Virus record (IMG/VR): IMGVR_UViG_3300022824_000016
Span: 1-64,000 of that record
Strand: one strand, 5' to 3'
DNA: 64,000 nucleotides
DNA from: a virus
Taxonomy: Duplodnaviria > Caudoviricetes
The notes beneath the pieces were generated by a model. The model ran no database searches. It was not told the origin of the DNA and saw only the letters and a list, made by a program, of their open reading frames with translations. A program made the position numbers and the translations under genes. Shown here piece after piece: positions 50,091-60,023 of this stretch; the first letter of the stretch is position 1; each line of letters starts with the position of its first letter.

Positions 50091-50286
50091 ATGATGTATA
50101 TGAAAAACAAGGAGTTATATGCGTTTTCCAGAGAAATATCCACAAATATATACATACCCCTAAAAAACACTGCCATCAAAATTCGTTCAAATAATTCATT
50201 TCAAACGTTTCTCGACTTCTCTTCGTTATCTTTCAAAATCGCTTGCAGACAACCAAAAAGCATGGATAATCACTATGGAGTTTGCT

Positions 50287-50508
50287 ATGACGAAAACAAG
50301 CAAATCAATGGATACAACCTCCTTTCCCCAGATCCTGCGTAAGAAGCAGGTGCTCTCGATGGTGGGGCTGAGTGCCAGCACTGTTTACGTGCTGCAGAAG
50401 GCCGGAAAGTTTCCCCTTCCCATCAAATTGAGCCAGCGCGCAACCGGATGGTTGGACAGCGATATTACGCGTTGGCTGGCCGACAGAGCCGCTGAGAGAG
50501 CCGCCTAA
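50287..50508 (+). CDS. alpA: AlpA-family regulator
   Basis: ILRKKQVLSMVGLSASTVY......FPLPIKLSQRATGW. Confidence 0.9.
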   Translation: MTKTSKSMDTTSFPQILRKKQVLSMVGLSASTVYVLQKAGKFPLPIKLSQRATGWLDSDITRWLADRAAERAA

Positions 50509-50609
50509 AAAGCTCCCACAACCAGTACCTTTTTCAATTTACCCCATGGCCCCTTCAACGGGTCAAAGGGACGTTTCGCGTTTTTTCAGGATTCAGTCGA
50601 CGGAGAAAG

Positions 50610-52313
50610 ATGCGTGCCTACTATAACGATTCTGATCCCTTCAAATGCGAAGTGATTAGAGAAGCAATTAAGGCAGGTGCCATCGCACCAGGGGACGTGG
50701 ATGAACGGAGTATTGCCGATGTCGAGCCAGTTGACCTTATGGGATACATCCAATGTCACTTCTTTGGAGGCGGCGAATTTTGGTCTCTCGCCCTGCGACA
50801 GGCTGGATGGCCAGACGACCGCGAAGTTTGGACAGGGAGTTGTCCCTGTCCGAGTTTTTCCGCAGCGGGCAAAGGACAAGGGTTTGCAGACCCTCGTCAC
50901 CTCTGGCCTCATTGGGCACAACTCATCCGCGAGTGCCACCCTTCAACAATTTTTGGAGAACAGGTTAGTGCAGCGATTGGACATGGGTGGCTCGACCTTA
51001 TTCAAACTGACTTGGAAGCACAAGACTACGCCGTTGGGAAGGCAGTATTTGGAGCGTGCAGCGTCGGCGCTCCGCACATCCGGCAAAGACTTTACTTCGT
51101 GGCCAACTCCTTGCGCGGAGCAAGCCAACGGAGAACCAGAAGCATTTTTGGAGCGGAAGCGACGAGCGGTGATGCGGGGAGTGCAGATGGGCGTTGCACT
51201 GACCGACCTGAATATGGTGGCGAAACTGAGTTCGTGGCGCAGTCCCAATGCACGACTGAATGGGGGCGGGGACTATTCAGACCCGGAGAAAGCAGCGAAG
51301 CGACTGGAACAAGGACATCAGTTGAATCTCAGCGAAGAGGTGTTGATATCGGCATGGCCGACACCGCAGACGCACGACGACAAGCTGCGAGGCAACACGG
51401 AAGCGGACCATCATTTTTTCCCGCACGATCTGAGCAATGCGGCAACTCTATCCAGTTGGCCGACACCATCGGCAACCGAGAGGAGCGGTCAGGGACCGTT
51501 GAACTCGTCACTGATGCAGGATGCTCGTTTGGCATCGTGGAGCACACCACGGAACGAGGATGCGGAATCGGCGGGGATGCGACACAGCCGGGGAACGGCG
51601 GATACGCTGACGGCGCAAAGTTCGCTTGCAGCGTGGTCCAGTCCATCCGCACGGGATTGGAAGGATACAGCGGAAATGGCGACGACCGGAACCAATCCGG
51701 ACGGGTCGGAGAGATCACGACTGGACCAGTTGCCGAGGCAAGCGAACCTGGCGGGCTGGCCAACTCCGATGGCGGGAAGTCCGGCGACAGAGAACTACAA
51801 CGAAGCGGGCAACAACGACAGCAGCCGGAAGACGGTGGAACTGTGTGGATGGGCATCTCCGAAAGTAAACGACGACAATCTGGATCGGCGCGGCGCAGAG
51901 GCGACGAAGAAGGAATGGAATCGCGAGAACGCGAGCCGCAGCAGCCTACCTCTGGAAGTGAAGATGCTGGCTGCGTGGCCGACACCAAATTGTCCGAATG
52001 GTGGCAGGGTGCAGTCGGACGAAGTGACTATGACCCAGCGCAAGACGGATGGAACGAAAGCACAAGCGGCGCTGGAGAACGTAGCACGATTGAGCGGTCC
52101 GGTCCGGTTAACGGCTGGTGGGCAGGTGCTGACTGGATCGGATGCCGGGATGGAAAGTTCCGGCCAGTTAGACGGGGCTCATTCCCTTTGGCTCCAAGGT
52201 ATCCCGGAAGAGTGGCGGAACTTCGTCTCGCAGGCGACGCAATCTGTATCCCTGCAGCGCAGACATTCATCAAAGCGTTCATCGAAATCACCGAGGCAAA
52301 ACGAGGCAAATGA
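50610..52313 (+). CDS. C5 cytosine DNA methyltransferase, alpha polypeptide (motifs I-VIII and X)
   Basis: CHFFGGG, TGSCPCPSFS, GEQV, GAPHIRQRLYFVA; C-terminal LRLAGDAI. Confidence 0.8.
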   Translation: MRAYYNDSDPFKCEVIREAIKAGAIAPGDVDERSIADVEPVDLMGYIQCHFFGGGEFWSLALRQAGWPDDREVWTGSCPCPSFSAAGKGQGFADPRHLWPHWAQLIRECHPSTIFGEQVSAAIGHGWLDLIQTDLEAQDYAVGKAVFGACSVGAPHIRQRLYFVANSLRGASQRRTRSIFGAEATSGDAGSADGRCTDRPEYGGETEFVAQSQCTTEWGRGLFRPGESSEATGTRTSVESQRRGVDIGMADTADARRQAARQHGSGPSFFPARSEQCGNSIQLADTIGNREERSGTVELVTDAGCSFGIVEHTTERGCGIGGDATQPGNGGYADGAKFACSVVQSIRTGLEGYSGNGDDRNQSGRVGEITTGPVAEASEPGGLANSDGGKSGDRELQRSGQQRQQPEDGGTVWMGISESKRRQSGSARRRGDEEGMESREREPQQPTSGSEDAGCVADTKLSEWWQGAVGRSDYDPAQDGWNESTSGAGERSTIERSGPVNGWWAGADWIGCRDGKFRPVRRGSFPLAPRYPGRVAELRLAGDAICIPAAQTFIKAFIEITEAKRGK

Positions 52314-52320
52314 AAGTTAA
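50677..52320 (+). CDS. Overlapping-frame methyltransferase beta/specificity polypeptide with 9 W(P/S/A/R)(T/S)P repeats
   Basis: Open for 547 codons over the alpha gene; GSTLFKLTWK; motif IX-like GQLDGAHSLWLQGIPEEW. Confidence 0.7.
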   Translation: MPSHQGTWMNGVLPMSSQLTLWDTSNVTSLEAANFGLSPCDRLDGQTTAKFGQGVVPVRVFPQRAKDKGLQTLVTSGLIGHNSSASATLQQFLENRLVQRLDMGGSTLFKLTWKHKTTPLGRQYLERAASALRTSGKDFTSWPTPCAEQANGEPEAFLERKRRAVMRGVQMGVALTDLNMVAKLSSWRSPNARLNGGGDYSDPEKAAKRLEQGHQLNLSEEVLISAWPTPQTHDDKLRGNTEADHHFFPHDLSNAATLSSWPTPSATERSGQGPLNSSLMQDARLASWSTPRNEDAESAGMRHSRGTADTLTAQSSLAAWSSPSARDWKDTAEMATTGTNPDGSERSRLDQLPRQANLAGWPTPMAGSPATENYNEAGNNDSSRKTVELCGWASPKVNDDNLDRRGAEATKKEWNRENASRSSLPLEVKMLAAWPTPNCPNGGRVQSDEVTMTQRKTDGTKAQAALENVARLSGPVRLTAGGQVLTGSDAGMESSGQLDGAHSLWLQGIPEEWRNFVSQATQSVSLQRRHSSKRSSKSPRQNEANES

Positions 52321-53501
52321 TGGAATCCAAGGTCGATATTTGGATGCCGCTGGCAATCGGAGATTACCTGGCGGATACATCCCATTTGGACACGACCCAG
52401 CATGGCGCTTATCTGCTGCTGCTGATGCACTATTGGCGCAAAGGCCCGTTGCCCAACGATGCGGAACAGCTCGCCAATATCTGTCGACTAAGCGCAGAAG
52501 CATGGGCAATTAATTCTCGAACCATTCTGCCTTTTTTCAAGATTGAAGAGGACGGCATGTTGCACCAGAAACGACAAGACGCTGAAAGAGAAAAAGCCCT
52601 TAACCAGAAGCGGCGCGGCGTGGCCGGTGCGCAAGGAAAATGGTGTACGAATGGACAGGAAGAGAAGATGAAGCGGTCGCAACGACTAGCCGAAGCTCGT
52701 AAAAAAGGAACTCACACGGCTGCGGAATGGGAACTCTTGCAGACGTTTTGCAGGCATCAATGTGTTCGTTGCCAGGCATCTGACGGTGACTTAGTGAAAG
52801 ATCACATCGTGCCTATTTATCAGGGTGGGTCGGACTCGATTGACAACATTCAGCCCCTATGCCGTAACTGCAACGCGAGCAAGGGTCCAGAGACCATCGA
52901 TTACCGTCCAAATGGCTGGCAAAATGCCTGCAAAATGCCTACGGAAATGCCTACAAACGTCTGGACATTACCATTACCGTCACAATTACCTTCACCAATA
53001 CCTTCACCAAAAGAAAAAGAACTGCCGGAAATCGCAAAAAACGCGATTTCCTCGTCGAACGGCAAGCCGTTGGACGACAGTCCGGATTTCCAACTTACAA
53101 ACGATTTTGAATTTGAAGAATCTACCACTCAAACCAACCCCAGGAAAAAAACAAAGCCGGAACTGGACAAGGCCGTACGCGAAGTCTTCGCCTACTACCT
53201 CGACGTGATGAATCTTAATCCTTCCACCTACACCCTGACACCGAAGCGCCGTCAAAAGGGATTCAGTCGGCTTTCAGAAGCGCTGCGCATTTCTCATGGC
53301 GATCTGAACAATGCCGTGGAGTTGATGAAGGGAGCAGTCGACGAGTTGGCAACTTCAGACTGGCACATGGGCCGCGACGAACGCACCAACGGTAAGCGCT
53401 ATTGCGATTGGGAAAATCATCTTTTCCGTAATACCGAGCAATTTGAAAAATGGCTTCAGCAGGCGCAGGACGCTGCTGCGAGGGAGGTCAAACATGTTTG
53501 A
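52320..53501 (+). CDS. DUF1376-type replication initiator with internal HNH domain
   Basis: WMPLAIGDYLADT.HL....HGAYLLLLM.YW; CVRC...DHIVP...GG.D...N.QPLC..CN..K. Confidence 0.8.
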   Translation: MESKVDIWMPLAIGDYLADTSHLDTTQHGAYLLLLMHYWRKGPLPNDAEQLANICRLSAEAWAINSRTILPFFKIEEDGMLHQKRQDAEREKALNQKRRGVAGAQGKWCTNGQEEKMKRSQRLAEARKKGTHTAAEWELLQTFCRHQCVRCQASDGDLVKDHIVPIYQGGSDSIDNIQPLCRNCNASKGPETIDYRPNGWQNACKMPTEMPTNVWTLPLPSQLPSPIPSPKEKELPEIAKNAISSSNGKPLDDSPDFQLTNDFEFEESTTQTNPRKKTKPELDKAVREVFAYYLDVMNLNPSTYTLTPKRRQKGFSRLSEALRISHGDLNNAVELMKGAVDELATSDWHMGRDERTNGKRYCDWENHLFRNTEQFEKWLQQAQDAAAREVKHV

Positions 53502-53874
53502 AGTTCTTGTCCGAATGAATGCTTTGGAACTGAAACTCTTTCGCAGGGCTTTGGCCAAAGCGGCAGACGATGGATTACTGGAACCAACAGTTGCCGTACG
53601 GCGGATCTGCGAACTGGATGTATTGCGATGGGAAGCGGAAGAGGCAACGAACCAACCATCTGAATTGCCGTTGAAGCGGAGAGTGGCATGAATCGACAAA
53701 GACCGGTTTACGTGAGGCGTTATGGACTGAGCAAAGGACAGTCAAAGCATATTTTTTCTAACACCAGATTGCTGGATCAACTTGCTGCCTGCAAAAGCGA
53801 AGAGGCACGGAGATTATTGTTGGGCGTTTCAATAAAGACGAATCACGAAGCTGAGCAGAAAGAGAAAATGGCGC

Positions 53875-55620
53875 ATGTCTGAGTTCAAACCTACTTTCGA
53901 TCAGGCTTATGCCTACTATGCCTATCGGCTACCGATGGAGCGGTTGCCAAAGCGGGACAGCGTCAATGCGCATTGCCCATTTCACAAAGACGAGAATCCG
54001 TCGCTGAGTCTGAATCTGGCCAAAGGGATTTGGAACTGCCATTCCTGTAACGCGTCGGGAGGAATGCTGGACTTTGAACGAAAGATGATGGCCACGGATG
54101 TGGAAACGTCCTGGGCGCAGATATATCGCATCACCGGCATGGAACCTCCCAAAATCACGCACAAGCTGGTGAAGGTCTATGACTACACGGACGTGACTGG
54201 AAAACTGCTCTACCAGAAGCTGCGCTACGAACCCAAGGATTTCAACCAACGGCAACCGGATGGCAAGGGTGGTTGGTGGTACAACCTCAACGGCGTGAAA
54301 AAGGTGCTTTACCGCTTACCGGAGGTGGTGACATCAAAACTCTGCTTTTGTACTGAAGGCGAAAAAGACTGTGACAATTTGCGCAATGCGCTAACTGTAG
54401 CCGGCATTAAGGACTTTGCAGTAACGACCACCTTTGACGGCGCAGGACATTGGAAACCGGAGTATGCGCCCTATTTTACAGGGCGGATGGTAGTGGTGAT
54501 TCCCGACAACGATGCCAAAGGCAAAGCACATGCACAAACCATTGCAGCCAGCGTGAAGCCGTTTGCAGAAAGAGTGAAATTGGTTGAACTGCCAGGATTG
54601 CCAGAAAAGGGCGATGTCTCGGATTGGCTGGAAGAATCTGTTATCGGAGCGGCAGATCAATCTATCAGCGAGATTTTACAGACTCGAATCAAAGAGTTGT
54701 TTTCCTTAATAAAGGCCACGCCTTTGTGGTTACCAGAACAAAGCGAGCATGTGCTACTCGAAGAGATGCGCGATTTTTTGGATCGAGCTCCGGAAGAGAT
54801 TGACTGGCTTGTCGAAGGATTGATTCCGGTGCGGACGCGCGGCTTGATGGTGGCAGACGGCAAAGTCGGGAAATCGCCATTGAGCCTTGATCTGGCACTG
54901 GCGCTGGCATCGGGTTCGTCATGGCTGGGCCACGTAGTGCCCAAACGGCGGCGCGTGGCAGTGATTAGCCGTGAGGATGCGCCACAGGAGACTGCTCGGC
55001 GTCTGAAGTTGCTTTCAGCCGGAACGGCGGCGCGCGCCGAATACAACTGGGGCCAGATCTGGCTAAACACCATGGACCAGAGTCCGCTGTTTCATTTAGA
55101 CAACTTCGAACACGTAGACCCGCTAATCAAAGAACTGCAGATGGAGCAGTTCGATCTGGTCATTTTTGATGTGCTACGCAATTTGCACTCCGGTGACGAA
55201 AACGATAACACGGTGATGGCGGCAGTGATGGCAGCGCTGACGCAAATTCAGGTAGAGGCGCGATGTGGAGTATTGCTGTTACACCACATCAGCAAAGCAC
55301 AAAGCACAAACGTCTTTCGCGATGCGCGCGGAGCCGGCGCGATTCATGGTTGGACGGAATGGGGCGTGGGATTGACGGTAGTGGACGAAACAGTACCACG
55401 GCGTCAATGGGTGCGCAAGGTGGAATTTGAGCTGAAGTATGCTTGTCCAGCTGATCCGGTGCATTTCATGATTGTGGGCGATGAGACAGCGTTGCGCATT
55501 GAACTGACTGAATCGGAAGAAAAACCAACTATGACACCACGACGCAGCAAAGTACGAGAGATTGCGAATCGAGATTTTCCGCCACATTGGACGGAAAAAA
55601 CAGAAAGAGAAGAAGCATGA
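53875..55620 (+). CDS. Primase-helicase (CHC2 zinc finger, TOPRIM, RecA/RepA-like helicase)
   Basis: CPFH.D..PSL...WNCHSC; EGEKD, PDND; GKVGKS Walker A; LVIFD Walker B; LLHH. Confidence 0.9.
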   Translation: MSEFKPTFDQAYAYYAYRLPMERLPKRDSVNAHCPFHKDENPSLSLNLAKGIWNCHSCNASGGMLDFERKMMATDVETSWAQIYRITGMEPPKITHKLVKVYDYTDVTGKLLYQKLRYEPKDFNQRQPDGKGGWWYNLNGVKKVLYRLPEVVTSKLCFCTEGEKDCDNLRNALTVAGIKDFAVTTTFDGAGHWKPEYAPYFTGRMVVVIPDNDAKGKAHAQTIAASVKPFAERVKLVELPGLPEKGDVSDWLEESVIGAADQSISEILQTRIKELFSLIKATPLWLPEQSEHVLLEEMRDFLDRAPEEIDWLVEGLIPVRTRGLMVADGKVGKSPLSLDLALALASGSSWLGHVVPKRRRVAVISREDAPQETARRLKLLSAGTAARAEYNWGQIWLNTMDQSPLFHLDNFEHVDPLIKELQMEQFDLVIFDVLRNLHSGDENDNTVMAAVMAALTQIQVEARCGVLLLHHISKAQSTNVFRDARGAGAIHGWTEWGVGLTVVDETVPRRQWVRKVEFELKYACPADPVHFMIVGDETALRIELTESEEKPTMTPRRSKVREIANRDFPPHWTEKTEREEA

Positions 55621-56036
55621 AAGAACTGACAAAGGATGTTTCAGTCGAAGCTGCGGAATTAAACGCAGCGCGGGAACATGTGGCCTATTGGCAACGGGAG
55701 TTGCGTTTGGATCATCTGGATATTGACGTGGAACTGATGCCTCGTGATGAAGATGGCAATCTGGCGTTGTCACTGATCGCTCCGCTGCATCACCGGCAAC
55801 GGTTGCGAATACGGCATCCCGAAAATCGAAAGCCCTCGGAATTGCGCGATATGCGGCAGGATCTGGAAACGGCGATTGTACACGAATTGCTGCATACAAA
55901 AGAAATTCCCTGGCGCGACCATCCATCGGTGCAGAAAGTGCTGGATGAAGACACATGGTTGAAGCACCTGCATGAGGATTCAATTGATGCGATTGCAGAA
56001 GCTCTGGTACGGGCACGGCGCGGTGAGCGCAGATAG
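55617..56036 (+). CDS. Hypothetical protein with HELLH zincin-like motif
   Basis: AIVHELLH. Confidence 0.5.
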   Translation: MKELTKDVSVEAAELNAAREHVAYWQRELRLDHLDIDVELMPRDEDGNLALSLIAPLHHRQRLRIRHPENRKPSELRDMRQDLETAIVHELLHTKEIPWRDHPSVQKVLDEDTWLKHLHEDSIDAIAEALVRARRGERR

Positions 56037-56266
56037 GAAGAAACGATGAGGGGAATCAACATCTTTGCTGGCTTTATTCAATGTTGTGTGAGGTATCCGA
56101 TTTGGTTTTTTCTTGTTTACACGGTTCTTACCACGATTCATCCGGACCGCCTGATTTGGTTTCTTTTTTGGGTTTATGTGTCATTGGGGATACTGACCAC
56201 GTTGGTTCAAGGAGTGATCGAAGTAATTGAAAAGAACGACACCAAAAAGTAAACGCAGGAGACAGC

Positions 56267-58798
56267 ATGTATCAGATTTTGGAGGGTGATGTGACTGAAC
56301 AACTAAAGACGCTGGAGAATGCGTCAGTGGACGCCATTGTCACGGATCCTCCGTATGGATTGGAATTCATGGGCAAAGACTGGGATGCTCCGTGGAAGAC
56401 CGATCATAGACAGGGATTTTACGGTACCATGCAGATTTCTGACAGCCCATTTGGACGTAGTAAGGTCCGCACCGGAAATGGCGCAAGTTACGGTGCGGAT
56501 GCGCACATCATGCAGGCGCTGCAGGACTGGCATTTCCACTGGGCCAGTGAAGCTCTACGTGTGTTGAAGCCGGGTGGTTATCTACTGGCTTTTGGTGGCA
56601 GTCGTACTTATCACCGCTTGGCTTGCGCTGTTGAGGATGCGGGATTCGAAATCCGTGACCAGATTATGTGGATCTACGGATGCCTTGATGAGCAGACTGA
56701 ACTTGTGGCCGAAAGCGGCGTAAAGCCATACCATAAAGCCAGAATAGGAGAGCGCATATTGTGCTACGATCTTGAGAACGGCAAGTATTCTTACCAGCCG
56801 ATTCTGGAGATTGTCGAGTATGACTACTGCGATACCGCCTATCGTCTTATCGGAGATTTTGGGGAGCAAGTTGTTTCCAGAAACCATCGTTGCATTGTTG
56901 AACAAAACGGAAAAGAAGTATTCCAAGTTGCCGAAACGCTCGGGACCGAAGCGCGTGTACCCATTCTGGAAGGTTTGCCAGAGTTGCAGCAAGCCCTTTC
57001 CGACCTTCAATCGAACACAAGCGGCGCGAAAGAAATCATGCAGCCCGAAGTGTTCCAAGGCGCTGATTGGGAAAGCGAACAGCAGAGCGACGCCACTAGA
57101 GCAAAGGAAAGGGGAGGTAATTACCTGCGTGGTTTGCCGAGCCAAGAAGTGGGTTCCGTCTGCATGGTTGAAGAAAGTAAAGAAGCCAACATGCAGCCGC
57201 AAGTGCAATGGCGTTCTCAGGGGCGCGGAGTGGAAGAAACATGCGCACGAGGGACGGATGCACTGGACGTCGGAGTCGGAGTCGGCGATGAAGGTACGGA
57301 TGACAGGCGAGAGCAATCCGGGGTGGAAGGGCGGGCTAACCTACCGGAAACGCAAGGGCGCTTATGCGGATCAGTCAATCAAGTACGTCCGCTGTCCGCT
57401 GGAATTCCAGAGCATGGCGCGGAAAGACGGCTATGTTATGGAACATCGACTGGTGGTGGCAAAGGCGATAGGACGGCCATTGTTGCGAGTGGAAGTGGTT
57501 CATCATCGGAACCGTCGTGCGGTGGACAACGAACCGACAAATCTGATGCTGTTTGCCACCAATGCGGATCACAAGGCGTACGAGCATGGCGCGGACATCA
57601 AACCGTTGTGGTGCGGGTTTTGCCATTCCACTATGTCGGAAAAGTCTGGTGCTTGCATGTGCCGACGGGAGCCTTTGTCGCTGTCCGTAATGGCGTAGCT
57701 TTTCCTACCGGAAATAGCGGTTTTCCAAAGTCGCTGGATGTAAGCAAGGCAATTGACAAAACGGCTGGTGCCGAACGGGTGATTGTTGGCTCAAAGAAAG
57801 ATTTGCCGGGATACTCACTGAAGCCAGATAAGGGACGTGGTGTTTATTCCCCAGATGGACGAAGCAGTGAAATAGAGTGTGCAATTACAGCACCAGCGAC
57901 CGACGCTGCAAAGCAGTGGGCTGGCTGGGGTACAGCGTTGAAGCCGGCGCATGAACCAATAGTTGTTGCGCGTAAGCCGTTGATCGGTACCGTGGCGGCA
58001 AATGTTTTGAAGTACGGAACCGGAGCACTGAACATCGATGCGTGCCGCGTGGGTGAGTTTGTCAATACAACTCCAAGTGGTGTGGACCGGCGCAATCAAA
58101 CATTGGCCAATATGGGATATCGGCCCAACGCGTATCAGGTTGGACAATCAGAATTGAGCGGGGCCATTGGCCGCTGGCCTGCCAATGTAATTCACGATGG
58201 CAGCGAAGAAGTGCTTGCAGTTTTTCCTGACGCACCTGGAGCGCTGGGGGTGGTTACCGGCGAGGAACCGAGTTCTCCCACTCAGGATATTTACGGAAAC
58301 TTCAAAAAGCGCGCTACCTCCAATCCGCGCGATGGGGAGCCGAGTGCCCAGCGCCGCTACGCAACCAAAGGCGCAACCAACTTCGCAGCGTTGCCGGGCG
58401 AACGTCGGATCGATTCGGGTTCTGCTGCGCGGTTTTTCTATTGTGCGAAAAGTAGCCGCCAAGAACGCAACACGGGCTGCGAAAATCTTGGCAAAAAACC
58501 ACTGCTTTGGTCTTTAGGTACCCAATCGCCGGGAACTTTTCAGGCGAAAGGTACCGACCACAGTGCGCAGAATTTCCATCCGACGGTCAAACCTATTGCT
58601 TTAATGGCTTATCTCTGTCGATTGGTAACGCCGCCGCAAGGGACCGTACTGGATCTGTTTATGGGTTCGGGATCGACGGGCATCGCGGCATTGCGCGAGA
58701 AATTCAATTTTATCGGTATCGAAGTAAACCCGGAATACGTGGAGATTGCGCGGCGGCGCATTGAAGCGGATGCGCCGTTATTCAACAAGGAGGGGTGA
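56267..58798 (+). CDS. Beta-class N4/N6 DNA methyltransferase with intein
   Basis: VTDPPY, LKPGG, HPTVKP, VLDLFMGSGSTG; RDQIMWIYG|...|SGFPKS rejoins across the insert. Confidence 0.9.
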   Translation: MYQILEGDVTEQLKTLENASVDAIVTDPPYGLEFMGKDWDAPWKTDHRQGFYGTMQISDSPFGRSKVRTGNGASYGADAHIMQALQDWHFHWASEALRVLKPGGYLLAFGGSRTYHRLACAVEDAGFEIRDQIMWIYGCLDEQTELVAESGVKPYHKARIGERILCYDLENGKYSYQPILEIVEYDYCDTAYRLIGDFGEQVVSRNHRCIVEQNGKEVFQVAETLGTEARVPILEGLPELQQALSDLQSNTSGAKEIMQPEVFQGADWESEQQSDATRAKERGGNYLRGLPSQEVGSVCMVEESKEANMQPQVQWRSQGRGVEETCARGTDALDVGVGVGDEGTDDRREQSGVEGRANLPETQGRLCGSVNQVRPLSAGIPEHGAERRLCYGTSTGGGKGDRTAIVASGSGSSSEPSCGGQRTDKSDAVCHQCGSQGVRAWRGHQTVVVRVLPFHYVGKVWCLHVPTGAFVAVRNGVAFPTGNSGFPKSLDVSKAIDKTAGAERVIVGSKKDLPGYSLKPDKGRGVYSPDGRSSEIECAITAPATDAAKQWAGWGTALKPAHEPIVVARKPLIGTVAANVLKYGTGALNIDACRVGEFVNTTPSGVDRRNQTLANMGYRPNAYQVGQSELSGAIGRWPANVIHDGSEEVLAVFPDAPGALGVVTGEEPSSPTQDIYGNFKKRATSNPRDGEPSAQRRYATKGATNFAALPGERRIDSGSAARFFYCAKSSRQERNTGCENLGKKPLLWSLGTQSPGTFQAKGTDHSAQNFHPTVKPIALMAYLCRLVTPPQGTVLDLFMGSGSTGIAALREKFNFIGIEVNPEYVEIARRRIEADAPLFNKEG
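56681..57715 (+). mobile_element. 345-aa intein in the methyltransferase
   Basis: G|CLDEQTEL ... VSRNHRC ... VWCLHVPTGAFV ... PTGN|S. Confidence 0.85.
56772..57698 (+). CDS. HNH endonuclease encoded in an alternative frame inside the intein (start uncertain)
   Basis: CxxC clusters, NPGWKGG, YVMEHRLV....GR.L...EVVHHRN....DN...NL.L. Confidence 0.8.
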   Translation: MRTASILTSRFWRLSSMTTAIPPIVLSEILGSKLFPETIVALLNKTEKKYSKLPKRSGPKRVYPFWKVCQSCSKPFPTFNRTQAARKKSCSPKCSKALIGKANSRATPLEQRKGEVITCVVCRAKKWVPSAWLKKVKKPTCSRKCNGVLRGAEWKKHAHEGRMHWTSESESAMKVRMTGESNPGWKGGLTYRKRKGAYADQSIKYVRCPLEFQSMARKDGYVMEHRLVVAKAIGRPLLRVEVVHHRNRRAVDNEPTNLMLFATNADHKAYEHGADIKPLWCGFCHSTMSEKSGACMCRREPLSLSVMA

Positions 58799-58837
58799 TG
58801 TGTCTGAAACGAGAGATGAAAAGAAAGGAGGATCGAG

Positions 58838-59605
58838 ATGCTGATTGACGATTTGGTAAAACCGGTGAAACAGGAACGAAGCGATCTGGATGAACGTCTG
58901 TTGCAGGCGGATCGAAATATTTCAGAAGCTTGGATAGGGTTGACCAAACGGTCGATGCTGATTGGTTGGGAAGGTGCTTTCATCAAGCGCTACAACGGGT
59001 GGGAGCGCTTGGGCTACATGGATGAAAAGCACTATCGGGCTGACAAAGGCATTGGCCGTTCGACCTGGTACAAGATGGTTGGGCTGGCAGAACACTTTCC
59101 CAATGTGAGCAAAGAACAGTTTCTTGCCATGTCAATCGAAAACGCCGAGCAACTGGCAGTAGTGCCACTGGAAGCACGAGAGAATCCAGCATTGCTATCG
59201 GCAGCGGCCACAAAAACAGCGCGGGAATTTGAGAACGATTTGGTATCTGACACGGCGGAGCGCGAGAACAAGCCGGTGAGCGAAGTCTTTGTCACCATGA
59301 AATGGCGTATCAGGCAGGCGCAGCGCGAAGTGATCGAGCGTGGATTGGAAGACTGGCAGCATGAGCACGGCATCGACGATCCCGGCTACGCGTTGGAGTT
59401 GATGATTGCTGAGGTGCACGACCGACCGACGCTGGTTGGTTTTATGACCGAATCCATTCCGCGACTGAGTCGAGCAGTAATGGCGGCTGAAAGCCAGGAG
59501 GATCTGGAAGATCTACGCAAGCTGTTTGCCAGGCACATTCAGGAGATGGGTGAAATCCTGAAGATGTGTTGCGGAGAATTTAATGCCGAGCAAGAAGCGG
59601 CTTAA
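58838..59605 (+). CDS. Hypothetical protein
   Basis: 255-aa ORF with GGAGG RBS. Confidence 0.6.
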   Translation: MLIDDLVKPVKQERSDLDERLLQADRNISEAWIGLTKRSMLIGWEGAFIKRYNGWERLGYMDEKHYRADKGIGRSTWYKMVGLAEHFPNVSKEQFLAMSIENAEQLAVVPLEARENPALLSAAATKTAREFENDLVSDTAERENKPVSEVFVTMKWRIRQAQREVIERGLEDWQHEHGIDDPGYALELMIAEVHDRPTLVGFMTESIPRLSRAVMAAESQEDLEDLRKLFARHIQEMGEILKMCCGEFNAEQEAA

Positions 59606-60023
59606 CGATGTCGCCGTCCTGCATCTCCCACTGCCGGTGGGAACGAATCGAAAGCAATTCCGGTTCGCAGGGACGGATTACGTCCCACGGAAGTGAAGTC
59701 GACTGACGTGGGTTTGGCTCGGGGAGTCTGGTCCTATAAGCACGCTGGATTCCCCGCTTTTTTAAGGATTTTTGAGATGGTTTTTCCAGCAAACCCAAAT
59801 GTTTTACGGTCGACCGGATATCGGTTTTTGGAGCTTGGAACATGTGATGGGTGCAACGCGATCGTGGAATGGTGGCGAACGCCAAAAAAGCGTCAGATAC
59901 CGATCAATCCAATGCCTGCGGAAACGTCGCCAGCACAGCCTCATTGGGCGATCTGCCCGGTAGTAATGCGGTGCAAACAAAAAACGGTTGTGAACAAAAA
60001 CTGAGGAGGAAAGCGATGCGGAG

